Shown one piece after another: positions 39,137 to 52,060 of a stretch of DNA of 64,000 bases. A program made the position numbers and the translations under genes. This stretch comes from Octopus vulgaris. Lineage: Eukaryota. How positions within the stretch are numbered: position 1 is the stretch's first letter; each line of letters begins with the position of its first letter. A model generated the notes under the pieces. It was not told where the DNA came from. It saw nothing but the letters and a program-made list of their open reading frames with translations, and searched no databases. The stretch is from the NCBI GenBank assembly GCA_951406725.2, contig OX597822.1, forward strand, positions 52,886,001 through 52,950,000, written 5' to 3'.

Positions 39137-39843
39137 TATTATTGTGGTCGTATTGAGACAAGTGGCTTGTTGTGGTGTAGCTGGTGATTGTAATGGTTGT
39201 GATATGATGAGAGTGTTTGTGGAAAGAGTCCAATGAATGGCTTGTGTGGTAACGGTAATTGTTATTCTGGTGGTAGTGAGAGCAGTTCAGTGAAGACAGA
39301 GAGAGAGAGAGAGAGAGGGGGGGGAGAGAGAGAGAATAGGATAAAATGAAAACATAAAGAGAAAAATGAGGGGAGAGAGCCTTGGATGTGAGTATTCCAT
39401 TTCACAGATGTGCTGCGATTCAAGGGAAATGGATGGAGGTCACGACAACAAAACATCTAAGTCAGTCTGTCAGTGTCATACGTAACAGTCACGCGTAGTT
39501 CAGTATGCAAGAGATAGCTTTAAGTGCAGGCTGATATAATTTTTTCAGAAAGCCAAATCGTAATTGTTATCAGTTGGTATCAAATTAGTATTGATAAAAA
39601 TATCATTAGCACTAATGATAATTCTTATCAAGAAAAACAAGCGAATCACTGAGTGGTGAGGAAGTCGGATTTTGGTAGCTATGGTGACAACTACTGTAAT
39701 GTTTTGGTCTTATAAGCCCTCTTCATCTTTGCATAGTATAACATATAATTACCTAGTCATAAAACAACCTCCTTTATCACAAAATAATTCATAATTCATG
39801 GACAAATTAAAATAATGACACGGAAAAGTTTTCCTGTAATAAC

Positions 39844-40399
39844 TTCTTTTCTACTCTAGGCACAAAGCCTGACATTTTGGAGGAGAGGACCAGTCGATTA
39901 TATCGATCCCAGTACAACTGGTACTTAATTTATCGACCCGGAAAGGATGAAAGCAAAGTCGACCTCGACGGAATTTGAACGTAAAGCGTAAAGACAGACG
40001 AAATACCTATTTCTTTACTACCCACAAGGGGCTAAACACAGAGAGGACAAACAAGGACAGACAAACGGATTAAGTCGATTAGATCGACCCCAGTGCGTAG
40101 CTGGTACTTATTTAATCGACCCCGAAAGGATGAAAGGCAAAGTCGACCTCGGCGGAATTTGAACTCAGAACGTAGCGGCAGACGAAATACCTATTTCTTT
40201 ACTACCCACAAGGGGCTAAACACAGAGAGGACAAACAAGGACAGACAAACGGATTAAGTCGATTAGATCGACTCCCAGTGCGCAACTGGTACTTACTTTA
40301 TCGACCCCGAAAGGATGAAAGGCACAGTCGACCTCGGCGGAATTTGAACTCAGAACGCAACGACAGACGGAATACGGCTACGCATTTCGCCCGGCTAAC
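39844..40399 (-). mobile_element. Tandem trimer of SINE family A (~181-bp units)
   Basis: Repeated junction GACGAAATAC|CTATTTCTTTACTACCCACAAGGGG at ~40006 and ~40190. Confidence 0.9.
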
Positions 40400-40703
40400 G
40401 TTTCTGCCAGCTCACCGCCTTTCCTGCAATAACTTCTTCATGAAAAAAAGTCGTATCAGCTAGCATTTTTTAATGTGATAAGCAAATAGATAAATAGATA
40501 AATAAAGGAAAACGAAAAAAAATGATGAAATGGAAAGAGATTAATGTTAATGACACTTCTTGTCAAAAAGGGAAAATGGAGTGAGACGCAGACGTGAGTG
40601 TGTTAAGAAGCTTGGTACGTTGGGCATGTGTCTTCTACTATAGCCTGGGGTCGATCAAAGTCTTTTGAGTGGATTTGGTAGACGGAAACTGAAAGACGTC
40701 CGT

Positions 40704-40780
<77 letters not shown>

Positions 40781-41059
40781 ACAATTGAGGGTAAAATTAA
40801 TTAATTAATCAATTTCACCAAGTGTTCAGTATGCAAAAGGACCATTTAAGGCGAATTCAAAATATTACATTATATAATTAGGGCTTAGTAAAATAAATTA
40901 CTTTGCCACATACTGAACTAAGTAGAAATAGCAGCCCCAAAAAAATTTTTTTAGCCATTTCTACTACTTAAAGAAAATTTCTCTCAGATAATGTTTACTC
41001 CAGACAGCTCACGGAGGTTTGGAGGTAAATACAGAAAAATATCACAAGTACGTAGATTG

Positions 41060-41122
41060 TTTGAGTACGTCAACGTTTCAAGATTAGCCAAATAAAATCA
41101 GCATTTCTTTCGTCAGCTCAAA
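41060..41122 (-). ncRNA. Type I hammerhead ribozyme, canonical core
   Basis: Reverse complement of 42592-42654. Confidence 0.8.
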
Positions 41123-41776
41123 ATTTCTTAATTTGGATTTGGAAACACTAAAAAGAAGGAACTTTACCTATCAACGAACTTGTCGCTTCAGATGAACCAC
41201 TCCAACTAACAGTGTCAAATTCCGCCGAGGTCAACTTTGCCTTTCATCCTTTCGGGGTCGATAAATTAAGTACCAGTTACGCACTGGGGTCGATGTAATC
41301 GACTTAATACCTATGTCTGTCCTTGTTTGTCCCCTCTGTGTTTAGCCCCTTGTGGGTAATAAAGAAATAGAAATAGAAATATATTCGGACCTAGTATAAT
41401 ACGATTTAACATGCATGATTCAATATTCAAACCTTAGAGCATCCTAGTGTTCATCTGATAGCGGAATTTATAGCCATATCAGATTTCTCGTTATTTCCTC
41501 TTATTCTTTACACTCAAACTAATTATCTCCTGCTCAAAATTAAGACTATTTAAACCATTATGTACTTAAGTGGCAACACTTTGAATACAGCTGCGTGGAC
41601 TGATTTTTAAACTGGATGAAGTCTGGAAGCAGAAGAACAAACAGGATGTTGATAAAAACCACATTGCGAGATATCCATGCTGTAGAAACATCTGAGAGAT
41701 TTAAATTAGATATGCTATATAAATGACTGTAACAATAAAAACTGCGTAGATGTATAATTGTCCTTTTTGTGAATGC

Positions 41777-41810
<34 letters not shown>

Positions 41811-42090
41811 CAACAATTGAGGGTAAAATTAATTAATTAATCAATTTCACCAAGTGTTCAGTATGTAAAAGGACCATTTAAGGCGAATTCAAAATATTAC
41901 ATTATATAATTAGGGCTTAGTAAAATAAATTACTTTGCCACATACTGAACTTAGTAGAAATAGCAGCCAAAAAAAATTTTCTTAGCATTTCTACTACTTA
42001 AAGAAAATTTCTCTCAGATAATGTTTACTCCAGACAGCTCACGAAGGTTTGGGGGGTAAATACAGAAAAATATCACAAGTACATAGATCG

Positions 42091-42153
42091 TTTGAGTACG
42101 TCAACGTTTCAAGATTAGCCAAATAAAATCAGCATTTCTTTCGTCAGCTCAAA
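42091..42153 (-). ncRNA. Type I hammerhead ribozyme, canonical core
   Basis: Reverse complement of 42592-42654. Confidence 0.8.
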
Positions 42154-42591
42154 ATTTCTTAATTTGGATTTGGAAACACTAAAAAGAAGGAACTTTACCT
42201 ATCAGCGAACTACTCGCTCCAGATGAACCACTCCAACTAACAGTGTCAACAAATTCACAATGCGCAGGCGTAAATTTCTGCACTCCCCTTCCACCCACGT
42301 GGTCTAACTAGCAAACATTGTATTTTAACCGCGAGAACCGAGGCAGTATGACAGAGAGAAATGAATTATAATATCAACAATTGAGGGTAAAATTAATTAA
42401 TTAATCAATTTCACCAAGTGTTCAGTGAGCTGTCTGGAGTAAACATTATCTGAGAGAAATTTTCTTTAAGTAGTAGAATGCGCATTGTGAATTTGTTGAC
42501 ACTGTTAGTTGGAGTGGTTCATCTGAAGCGACAAGTTCGTTGATAGGTAAAGTTCCTTCTTTTTAGTGTTTCAAAATCCAAATTAAGAAAT

Positions 42592-42654
42592 TTTGAGCTG
42601 ACGAAAGAAATGCTGATTTTATTTGGCTAATCTTGAAACGTTGACGTACTCAAA
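42592..42654 (+). ncRNA. Type I hammerhead ribozyme, canonical core
   Basis: TTTGAG-CTGACGA-AAGA(aat)GCTGA-ttttat-TTGGC(taa)TCTT-GAAA-CG-ttga-CG-TA-CTCAAA; predicted cleavage after GUA at 42648. Confidence 0.82.
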
Positions 42655-42836
42655 CGATCTATGTACTTGTGATATTTTTCTGTATTTACCTCCAAACCTC
42701 CGTGAGCTGTCTGGAGTAAACATTATCTGAGAGAAATTTTCTTTAAGTAGTAGAAATGGCTAAAAAAATTTTTTTTGGTTGCTATTTCTACTTAGTTCAG
42801 TATGTGGCAAAGTAATTTATTTTACTAAGCCCTAAT

Positions 42837-42896
<60 letters not shown>

Positions 42897-42992
42897 CTAA
42901 TCCAAACAAGAAAACACAAAAAACACAACAACGCGAGGACGTGGAACAAATATAGTATTATTGGACGTTCAGGAAAGAAGGAAAGAAGGAGG

Positions 42993-43027
42993 GTTTAACG
43001 TTTCGAGCGGAGCTCTTCGTCGGAAAC
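42993..43027 (-). ncRNA. Minimal hammerhead motif (C4 variant)
   Basis: rc GTTT-CCGACGA-A-GAGC-tcc-GCTC-GAAA-cg-TT-AAAC, in a 165-bp element flanked by (TA)n on both sides. Confidence 0.68.
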
Positions 43028-43057
43028 ATAGGAGAAGGTAAGATCCAGAGAAGGGAA

Positions 43058-43108
<51 letters not shown>

Positions 43109-43703
43109 ATGTTTGTGTGTGTGTGTGTGTGTGTGTGTCTCTCTCTCTCTCTCTGAATGTGTGTGTCTTTGTTCCCCACTACCGCTTGACAACCGGTATT
43201 GGTATGTTTACGTTCTTGTAACTTATTGGTTCAGCAACGAATAAGTAAGTATCAGGTTTAACAGAAAAAAGTACAGGAGTCGATCCATGCGACTAAAAAT
43301 TGAACAAGCTGGTGCGAGAACATGGCCGCAGTCTCACGACTGAAACGCGTAATAGGGATAAGATATATATTTTATGTATAGTAATATACTTGAATGATAA
43401 AAAGCGCGCATGTGCCTAGGAGGGAAAAAGAGGGAGAAAGAGAGAGAAATACTGACAAATATATGAACATTTTATATATAATCCTTTCTACTATAGCCAC
43501 AGAAGTACCTGCAATTTTGAGGGAGGGTTTAGTCGATTACATAGAGTCCATTACTCAACTGGTACATATTTCAGAGACCCCGAAAGGGTGATAAGCTAAA
43601 TCGGTCTCGATGGAATTTGAAAGCAGAACATAAACACAGACGGAATGTCGCTAAGAATTTTGTATACATACATACATACATACATACATACATACATACA
43701 TAC

Positions 43704-44010
43704 AATCAAAGCAGTTTGTCATGGACCTATAGCCGGATTACTACCTCTCACTTTGAAGGGTATGCGTTTGCAATCCAGGAACAGGAAATATCGACCAAGT
43801 ACCTGATGCACAAAAGGGATGACGATACAAGGTAAAGCCGTAAATTGTGACAACCGGTGCAAACTTTGTGAAGTTCACACTGAGGATATCACCCACGTCA
43901 TAACCAGTTGTCCGAAAATGTCATCACGGTATTATCTACCGATGAGACATGATGTTGTAGTTTGGTTCTTTCTCTATTGGCAAGAAATCTTGAAATAAAC
44001 TGAATAATGA
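43704..44010 (+). mobile_element. R4-clade non-LTR fragment (internally deleted) flanked by (TACA)n
   Basis: SHFEGYAFAIQEQEISTKYL..CKLC..EDITHVI..C..MRHDVV, then a jump to the 3' terminus shared with 45148-45195. Confidence 0.85.
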
Positions 44011-44112
44011 TATACATACATACATACATACATACGTACACACATACATACATACATACATACATACATACATACGTACGTACGTACACACACATATATG
44101 CGTGTGCATATT

Positions 44113-44163
<51 letters not shown>

Positions 44164-44272
44164 CCTGCTCGCTTAGCCAGCGGGATGGCGTCATTTGAAG
44201 GCTAAAACAATGCGAAGCGCATTGTGACCAGCGATGTGTAGCAACATCTGATAGCCTGGTCGGTCACGTGAT

Positions 44273-44311
<39 letters not shown>

Positions 44312-44356
44312 CATACATACATACCTACATATACACACACATGTATACATTCTCAC

Positions 44357-45195
44357 ATATCTGCATAATCACCCATAATAAAAAGTAATACTGGTGGAAT
44401 GTACCAAGGAAGACCTCAATAAAATGTAAGCAAAACAAACCTGATATAATGATTTGGGATAGAGAAGAGAAAGTGTGCACAGTTGTGGAAATTAGCTGCT
44501 CAACGTATGTTAACATAAAGCTGAAGATCAGTGAAAAAGAGAACACCTACGCTGAACTATTGAGAAATCTGCAGTTACTCTATCCAGATTACAAGTTCAG
44601 GTTTATACCTGTAATTATTGGGGCCATGGAATATGTAACACACTGCCTAAATACCAATCTTGAGAAATTAGAATTCTCAAAACCGGAAAGGAGAAAGTTA
44701 ATTCGAAGACTACAGATCCAGTCCATCACTGGAACTGTAAAAATCTGTAAAACTTTCCAGAAGTTTATCATTTAAATATATATGAGCATGTCTAGATATG
44801 CAACTATATGCATGAGAAGACATACATAAGACATACAAATCTGCACACATACATACATATACGCATACATACATACATACATTCATACATACATGCATAC
44901 ATACATACATACATGCATACATACATGCATACATACATACATACATACATACATACATACATACATACATACATACATACATACATACATACATACATAC
45001 ATACATACATACATACATACATACATACATACATACATACATACATACATAGACACATACATACATGCATACATACAAACAAACAAAAATACCCTGTTGT
45101 TGATTTTGAAATTCCAATGAAGGAGCCTTGAATCTAGGTTAGAAACCGGTTCTTTCTCTATTGGCAAGAAATCTTGAAATAACCTTAATAGTGAC
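44357..45195 (+). mobile_element. R4-clade non-LTR 3' end (RLE domain + 3' UTR containing (CATA)n)
   Basis: KPDIMIWDREEKVCTVVEISC..KISEKENTY..FIPVIIGA..IQSITGTVKICKTF*; ends GAAATAACCTTAATAGTGA-CATACATA. Confidence 0.88.
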
Positions 45196-45223
45196 ATACA
45201 TACATACCTACACACACACGCAT

Positions 45224-45268
<45 letters not shown>

Positions 45269-45854
45269 CACATATATACATATATATATGAATATATATG
45301 TATATATATATATGCGTGTGTATGTTTGTATATATGTACACATTTGATTACACACATATACACACATATATGTATACACTCCCACATATATACATATATA
45401 AATTCCTGTATATATATATATATATATTTGTGTGCATGTTTATATACATGCAAACATACATATATGTATGTATGTGTGTATGTATGTATGTATGTATGTA
45501 TGCAAGGTAGCGACCTGGCAGAATCGTTATAACGTCGGTCAAAATGCTAGAATCTCATTTAATTCAGATTTCTGAGTTCTCACCTTTTCCGCTTTTGTCA
45601 AAAAGTGTCAATTACATAAATCTGTTTCCTTTTCACCAGATACCAATTAATCAAAGGTCATTTCTTGTTTTCTTTTCTTTTTTTTTAATCATTATAACAT
45701 AAAAAAATCTTAGCCTCCACTTACGAATATGTTTTTGGTTTTATATGCATGCAGAAGTCATCGCTGGCTATGTGTAAGAATAAAAGAGAATTTCAGAAGA
45801 AAGGAACAAAAAGGATTCAAGAAAAAGTCGAAAAAATACCCCAAAAACAAACGA

Positions 45855-46229
45855 AGTTGTGTGTCTATCTCCTACGATTTAGATTCCTAACTACTCCCAC
45901 ATTTTGCGGTGCAGTTTAAGCAAAAGCGGGTATCTTATAGTCGTGATTCATATCGAGCCCTTCTGGGTATTAGCGTGCGTCTACGATGAGTCTACGATTT
46001 AAAAAAAAATTACCATAATTGTTTTCCATTTTAATGCATTTTTTCGCTATTATATAAGGGAAGTAACTCTCTAAAAATGTCTACGATGAGTCAACGATTT
46101 AAAAAAAAATTACCATTATTTTTTTCCATTTTTAATGCATTTTCTGCTCTTTTTTGGCTATAACTCTCTAAAAATGCTTATATAGTTATTTCCCTTACAA
46201 ACCCGAGCAACGCCAGGCGATACTGCTAG
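45855..46229 (+). mobile_element. Non-autonomous Helitron 3' part
   Basis: Ends CCCGAGCAACGCCAGGCGATACTG-CTAG-T (hairpin + CTAG); internal tandem duplication; subterminal sequence shared with 63900-63995. Confidence 0.8.
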
Positions 46230-46535
46230 TTTTAAATAAAGGCTGAGATGGAAGAAGATTTGGCTATTTTCTAATGAGAAATCTGTTAAATGAGATTATC
46301 AGCGGAAAACAACTTCCAAGTTACTTTACGTATGTCAGATGACAATATGACACAACAGCAAGCATTTTTTATGGTTTCTTTTCTAGCTTCATGTACGTCA
46401 ATACCATCCAGCATTGGCTTTCCGAGATATCAACACACACAAGCACACACACACACATATGTACAGAGAAAGAGAAATAGTCTACTATTACCTTGGTTAA
46501 ATAGTTAGATTCCGGAGTAGATGGAATATGATGGA

Positions 46536-46848
46536 AGCACTCCGTCGTATCATTGGAACAGCCTGCTCGTGAAATTAACGTGTAAGTGGCTGAGCACTCC
46601 ACAGACACGTGCACCCTTAACGTAGTTCTCAGGGATATACAGGTACAACAGAAACAGGAAGTAAGAGTGGAGTGAGAGAAAGTTGAGGCGAAAGAGTACA
46701 ACAGGGGTCGCCACCGACCCCCTGCTGGAGCCTCGTGGAGCTTTAGGTGTTTTCGCTCAATAAACACACACAACGCCCGGTCTGGGAATCGAAACCGCTA
46801 TCCTCCGACCGCGAGTCCGCTTGCCCTAAGCACTGGGCCATTGCGCCT
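46536..46848 (-). mobile_element. SINE family B
   Basis: tRNA-like head plus body; 3' part shared with 9745-9840. Confidence 0.8.
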
Positions 46849-47368
46849 GGAATATACTTCCATAGTGTAATTAAATGTTTTCTTCAAAATCACGTGAGTA
46901 CTCGTTCGATCCCACTCATCTGTTGAGTTTTTTTTTTTAACATGGTCAACTATAGTTTCGTATCGGCCTGATTCCATTGTGGGAGAAATCGAATAGATTT
47001 CTGTGCTGAAGCTGGTCTTGGGTTTTGGATACAACTTGCTGTCTAAGTGACGAATTAAGTCTCACGAATTTACATTGAGTACTTACGAGTTTTTGGACCA
47101 GATTATCTCTCTGAAGATAACCTACCAATCATGGTTTCTTTCATACTTTGTCTCATCAATCTCAGAAACCATGCAAACAAACTGCTGTGACTTGCTTTAA
47201 AGAAGATATTTTAAAACCAGGATACACAAAAGAAATTACAGGGGTACTCGACATTTGTGGAAACATGAATTTTAAAATAAACACAATCGACTATATATTT
47301 AGTGTTTATATTTTGTAGTGTTTATAAACAAAACTTAGTCAAATACGTTGTTTGAAAAAAAAATTCAC

Positions 47369-47680
47369 GGATCTTTTCGGTTTGAACGGCAGTTTTTAAA
47401 ATAATTTCCACGAAACTAAACACTTTTAAACTTCGTATACTGGTAGAATGTGCTTATAAAACATCTTTTTCTCTTGGCTTTATTGAGAAAATTCTATAGT
47501 TTGTAAGATATTTGTTGTTGTTTTTCTTCAATTTCTGCAATTTCAACCAATCAATGACGTCTATTGAGGTGAAAAACATTCTGTGCCGTATGAGTATGTC
47601 CCTCGTTTAAGAAACAGATTGGGTTTATTTACATTTGTGAAGAAAAAAAGATACCCTTCCTCCTAACCCTAACCCTAACC

Positions 47681-47716
<36 letters not shown>

Positions 47717-47832
47717 TAACCCTAACCCTAAAACAGATTGAAATGCAATAGATCGATACTAGGGTAATAATTATGGGTGACAATTTCATATGACACCGCT
47801 AGAAAAAACTGCCGTTCAAACCGAAAAGATCC
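47369..47832. mobile_element. MITE (464 bp) with 28-bp TIRs, 8-bp TSD and internal telomeric repeats
   Basis: GGATCTTTTCGGTTTGAACGGCAGTTTT / AAAACTGCCGTTCAAACCGAAAAGATCC; TSD AAATTCAC at 47361-47368 and 47833-47840. Confidence 0.93.
47662..47732 (-). repeat. Interstitial (TTAGGG)n telomeric-type tract
   Basis: About 11 imperfect CCCTAA units. Confidence 0.9.
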
Positions 47833-48124
47833 AAATTCACTTACAAATATAATTGATAACAAATTGTAGGTATTCTGATATATAGTTTACATCAACCTGT
47901 ATCTACAAAAAAAAAAAAAAGCTAAAAAAAAGACAGTTTTACAATATATCCTTCACAAGAGGTACGACAATGGTATGCTATAAGAAAATGCTTCAACGTC
48001 AACAAAATTATCAAGTTTATCTGATTTGAGAGGGTTTAATTTAAGGTCAACTAATCTGCCTAGTTTTGAGCCACAGAAGTCTCTTTTATTGTTTAGTTAC
48101 TTGTGTTGTATATGCAACAGTCAG

Positions 48125-49480
48125 CCAGCATTCGCCTTTCTGGGTTCGGGAAGCCTAATTTCTCAAGATTAGTATTTAGGCAGTTTGTTACATATCACAG
48201 GGCCCCAGTAATTACAGGTATAAACATTAACTTGTAATCTGGATAGAGTAACTGTAGATTTCTCAATAGTTCAGCGTAGATATTCTCTTTTTCACTGATC
48301 TTCAGCTTTATGTTAACATCCGCTGGGCAGCTAATTTCTACAACTGTGCACAGTTTCTCTTCTCTATCCCAAATCATCATATCAGGTCCGTTGTCCTTAC
48401 ATTTTATTGAGGTCTTCTTTGGTACATTCCTCCAGTATTCCTTTTTATTATGAGAGGTTATGGCTTTTACCATATTGTGGGTTCTTATTTCTTTTTCCTC
48501 TGGATTATCCTTCTGACGAATTTCATTATAGAGTGTCCTAGCTACAACGTCATGTCTCATCGGTAGATAATACCGTGATGACATTCTCGGACAGCTGCTT
48601 ATGATGTGGGTAATATTTTCAGCGTGAACTCCACAAAGTCTGCATCGGTTGTCACACTTTACGGCTTTACCTGCATCTCCATCCCTTTTGTGCATTAGGT
48701 ACTTGGTTGATATTTCCTGTTCCTGGATTGCAAACGCATACCCTTCAAAGTGGGAGGTAGTAATCCGGCTATAGGTCCATGATAAACTGCTTTGATGATC
48801 GATGTTACAATCATCACGGAGCTTTGTAGTAGCATATCCATGCATAGTCTTCTGCTCAAATAGGCTCATACTTTCACCAGATGATACGTTGCGGTAGAGT
48901 CGTGCGAATTCTTTGGGCATGTATTCTAAGCTATCAGACAAAGAGTGTTGCTCAAGGAGCTACCTTCCAAGTCTTATGATGTTATAAGCCTCATGTATAC
49001 AAACTTGGTCAAGGGATGCACTTCAACACGTGATGGTGCCGAAGGGATATGATGCGACATTCAAAGCATTTTGGATCGATGTTAAGCCTCTTCTGCCTTG
49101 TTTTCGTTTTAGGTAGAGGTGATCTGTTTATATGGAAATTATGTGTGGTTATTAGTATCTTTAGGGTTTTTATATCAATAGCTCCAATCGCATGAAGCGT
49201 CCAATCAAGCAGCCCAAATGTTGCTATGAGTACTGGCACTGCAAGTACATTGTGGACCACTGTTTTATTGAATGCAGAGAATTCTGAGGTCCAAATTTTC
49301 TTTATTTGGCTGTAATATTCTTTAGTGACACGTGTTTTGTTACAGGTGCCACAGTAAAATATATTTTCATTCACCCCTAGATAATTGTAACATTCCTCGT
49401 CAGATACAGGGGAAACAGTCAAATCATTAATAGTGATGTTACTAGTCTGGTTTATTGTTTTCTCCCTTTTCATAGCCATA
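48125..49480 (-). mobile_element. R4-clade non-LTR fragment (same family as 43704-45195)
   Basis: ORFs 49009..49479 (YNYLGV..IWTSEFSAFNK..AVPVLIATFG) and 48195..48941 (CRLCG..HIISSC..RHD..PD..VEISCP). Confidence 0.9.
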
Positions 49481-49487
49481 GTGTGTA

Positions 49488-49524
<37 letters not shown>

Positions 49525-49573
49525 ACATATCTATTTATCTATCTAATATTTTTTGTGTCTGTCTCTCTGTCCC

Positions 49574-49656
<83 letters not shown>

Positions 49657-49673
49657 ATATGTATGTATATATA

Positions 49674-50879
49674 CCAGGTTGAGTCAAATGTTTCTTCGGA
49701 TTTTCTTTGATGTTTTCTGGCGACTTGTATCTTCATGTCTTAACATTAATTTGATACAAATTCCCCAATCGTTGCTGCATTGTTTATTCTTTATTCTCAT
49801 ATATAACATATCTTACAGATTTGGTAATGAGTAGTGACGAAATTGCGGTTAGAGCAATTTTACACTGCCTGTGGAAAAGGACTCAGTGAAAGGCAGCGGC
49901 AAAAGAAATTAATCATGCTGATTGCCCATGAACTGTCACCGAACGTATAGTACAAAATTGGTTCAGATGTTTTAAGAAAGGTAACACTAGCCTCAAAAAT
50001 AAACCAATAAACCAAGATAGAGGAAACTTGTTCATGAAGATGAAGCCTTTCTTTAAATGGTTGAACAACAGCCAAGTACATTGTTGGCTGGACATGATCA
50101 TTCACAGAGCATCATCAACTGACACCTCAATAAGCTCGGTCTTATGAACAGATGCTGTTAAGAAGTACCTTATGAACAGACCAATAACCAGACTCAACGA
50201 TGTATGAACATTTGCAAAACAACTACTGGAAAAAAATCCCGTTTTTTGCCTTGAATTGTAATTGGGGATGAAAAATGAATCTATTTTCATAATCCTAACA
50301 AGAGATATCAATGGATTCGTTTCGACCAGACTTCAGAACTAGTTGTCAAACAAGAGTGGTTTGAACAGACGGCCATGCTAAGTGTTTGGCGGAATTTCGA
50401 GTAGTTGTTGTACTTTGAGCTTGTCCCAGATGGTCATGCAGCCAACGCTAATTTTTATGCTCGAAAAGTGCAGCAAGGATATGATGCTTTGAAAGCCCAC
50501 CACCGGCATTGGTCAATGGAGGACGCGCACTCCTACAGTATGAGAATGCCTCAGCACACACTACCAATCCAAACCTCATGGGCTGGAAGTGCGGCCTTGC
50601 CCTACTTACAATCCAGACTTTGCACCATCAGATTACATTTTCCGAGCCGTGGCTCATTTCCTGCACAGAGGTCAACAATGTAGATATGGTTGAAAACGGG
50701 TGCAGGGAGGGTTTTTGTTTTTCTTGTCTCAAAACCATCCAGATGATATATGCGCGGAATTGAGCTTCTGGCAACAGATGATTGAATATGATGGGATTTA
50801 TATTTTGATAAATAAAGGCTTTTCGTATGCAACCTGTTTGAACTTTTAAATAAAGGAAAGATCTTTTGACACAATCTGG
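49674..50879 (+). mobile_element. mariner transposon, full length, highly degenerate
   Basis: Imperfect TA-flanked TIRs: CCAGGTTGAGTCAAA vs rc CCAGATTGTGTCAAA. Motif remnants IVIGDEK, MLSVWR, YFELVP, YNPDFAPSDY. Confidence 0.8.
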
Positions 50880-51513
50880 TATAGAAAATCATATACATAT
50901 ATTTTAAAATTAAGATAAGTCGATCGCAACAGATCAAGAAGAAGAAAAAAACAGCAACACGGAATGAAAAGAGTAGCAGTTATATTTCTTTACTACTCAC
51001 AAGGGGTTAAACATAGAGGGGACAAACAAGGACAGACAAAGGGATTAAGTTGATTACATCGACCCCAGTGCGAAACTGGTACTTTATTTATCAACTCAGA
51101 ACGGCGGAATTTGAACTCAGAACTTAGTGGCAGATGAAATACCGCTAAGCACTTCGCCCGGCGCGTTAACGTTTCTGCCAGAGTAGCAGTTAATTGTGTC
51201 ACGAAGAATGTTCATAACCAAAAATAGTTTTTAAAATAGATAAAGCAACACATAGTGTATCCTTTTACTGTTCTTTTACTTCATTCACTTATTAGACTGC
51301 TGCCAGGCTGGGACACTGCCTCGAAGAACTCGGTGGATCAAATCGACCTCAATACTTATTTTAAAAAGAATATTCTACTTACTCTATCGTTCTCTTAGGC
51401 TGAATCAGTAAGTGGCAGAGACATAAACAAATCAACACTTGTTTTCAAGCTGTGATGCGTGGTGCAAATACACACAAGCAGACACACAAACCACAAGCAC
51501 ATGCATATATTTG

Positions 51514-51562
<49 letters not shown>

Positions 51563-51790
51563 GGTGGTGAGCTGGCAGAAACGTTAGTACGCCGGGCGAA
51601 ATGCGTAGCCGTATTTCGTCTGCCGTTACTTTCTGAGTTCAAATTCCGCCGAGGTCGACTTTGCCTTTCATCCTTTCGGGGTCGATAAATAAAGTACCAG
51701 TTACGCACTGGGGTCGATGTAATCGACTTAATCCCTTTGTCTGTCCTTGTTTGTCTCCTCTATGTTTAGCCCCTTGTGGGCAGCAAAGAA

Positions 51791-51881
<91 letters not shown>

Positions 51882-52060
51882 GACATATATGTGTGTGAGA
51901 ATGTGCTTCAATACGGTTTGTGTCAAACAAATTCAGTCACAAAGCATTGGTCAGGCCAGCATTAGGACATCTGCCGAAGGTGCTGCGCAAACCAGGCTGT
52001 TGCAAAATGAACTTCTTAACCATATAAGGAAGCCTCCGAAAATATGTTTAAACAGAACAA

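Larger units (their letters stand above)
40779..42843. mobile_element. Rearranged array of a 440-560-bp hammerhead-bearing non-coding element between (TA)n tracts
   Basis: Near-identical copies: 40779-41218 and 41811-42372 (direct), 42374-42478 (fragments), 42479-42843 (inverted). Confidence 0.9.

Noticed and set aside
39844-40399. CRISPR-like repeat array
   Set aside because: Units are whole SINE bodies without unique spacers; eukaryotic context and no cas genes.
45114-45164. Hammerhead-like GAAACCGGTT in the R4 3' UTR (also rc 53480-53540 in the HERO UTR and rc 53120-53175)
   Set aside because: CUGANGA core or helix I is missing; better explained as ordinary UTR hairpins.
47662-47732. True chromosome end or fusion scar
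   Set aside because: Short tract wholly inside a TIR- and TSD-bounded MITE.
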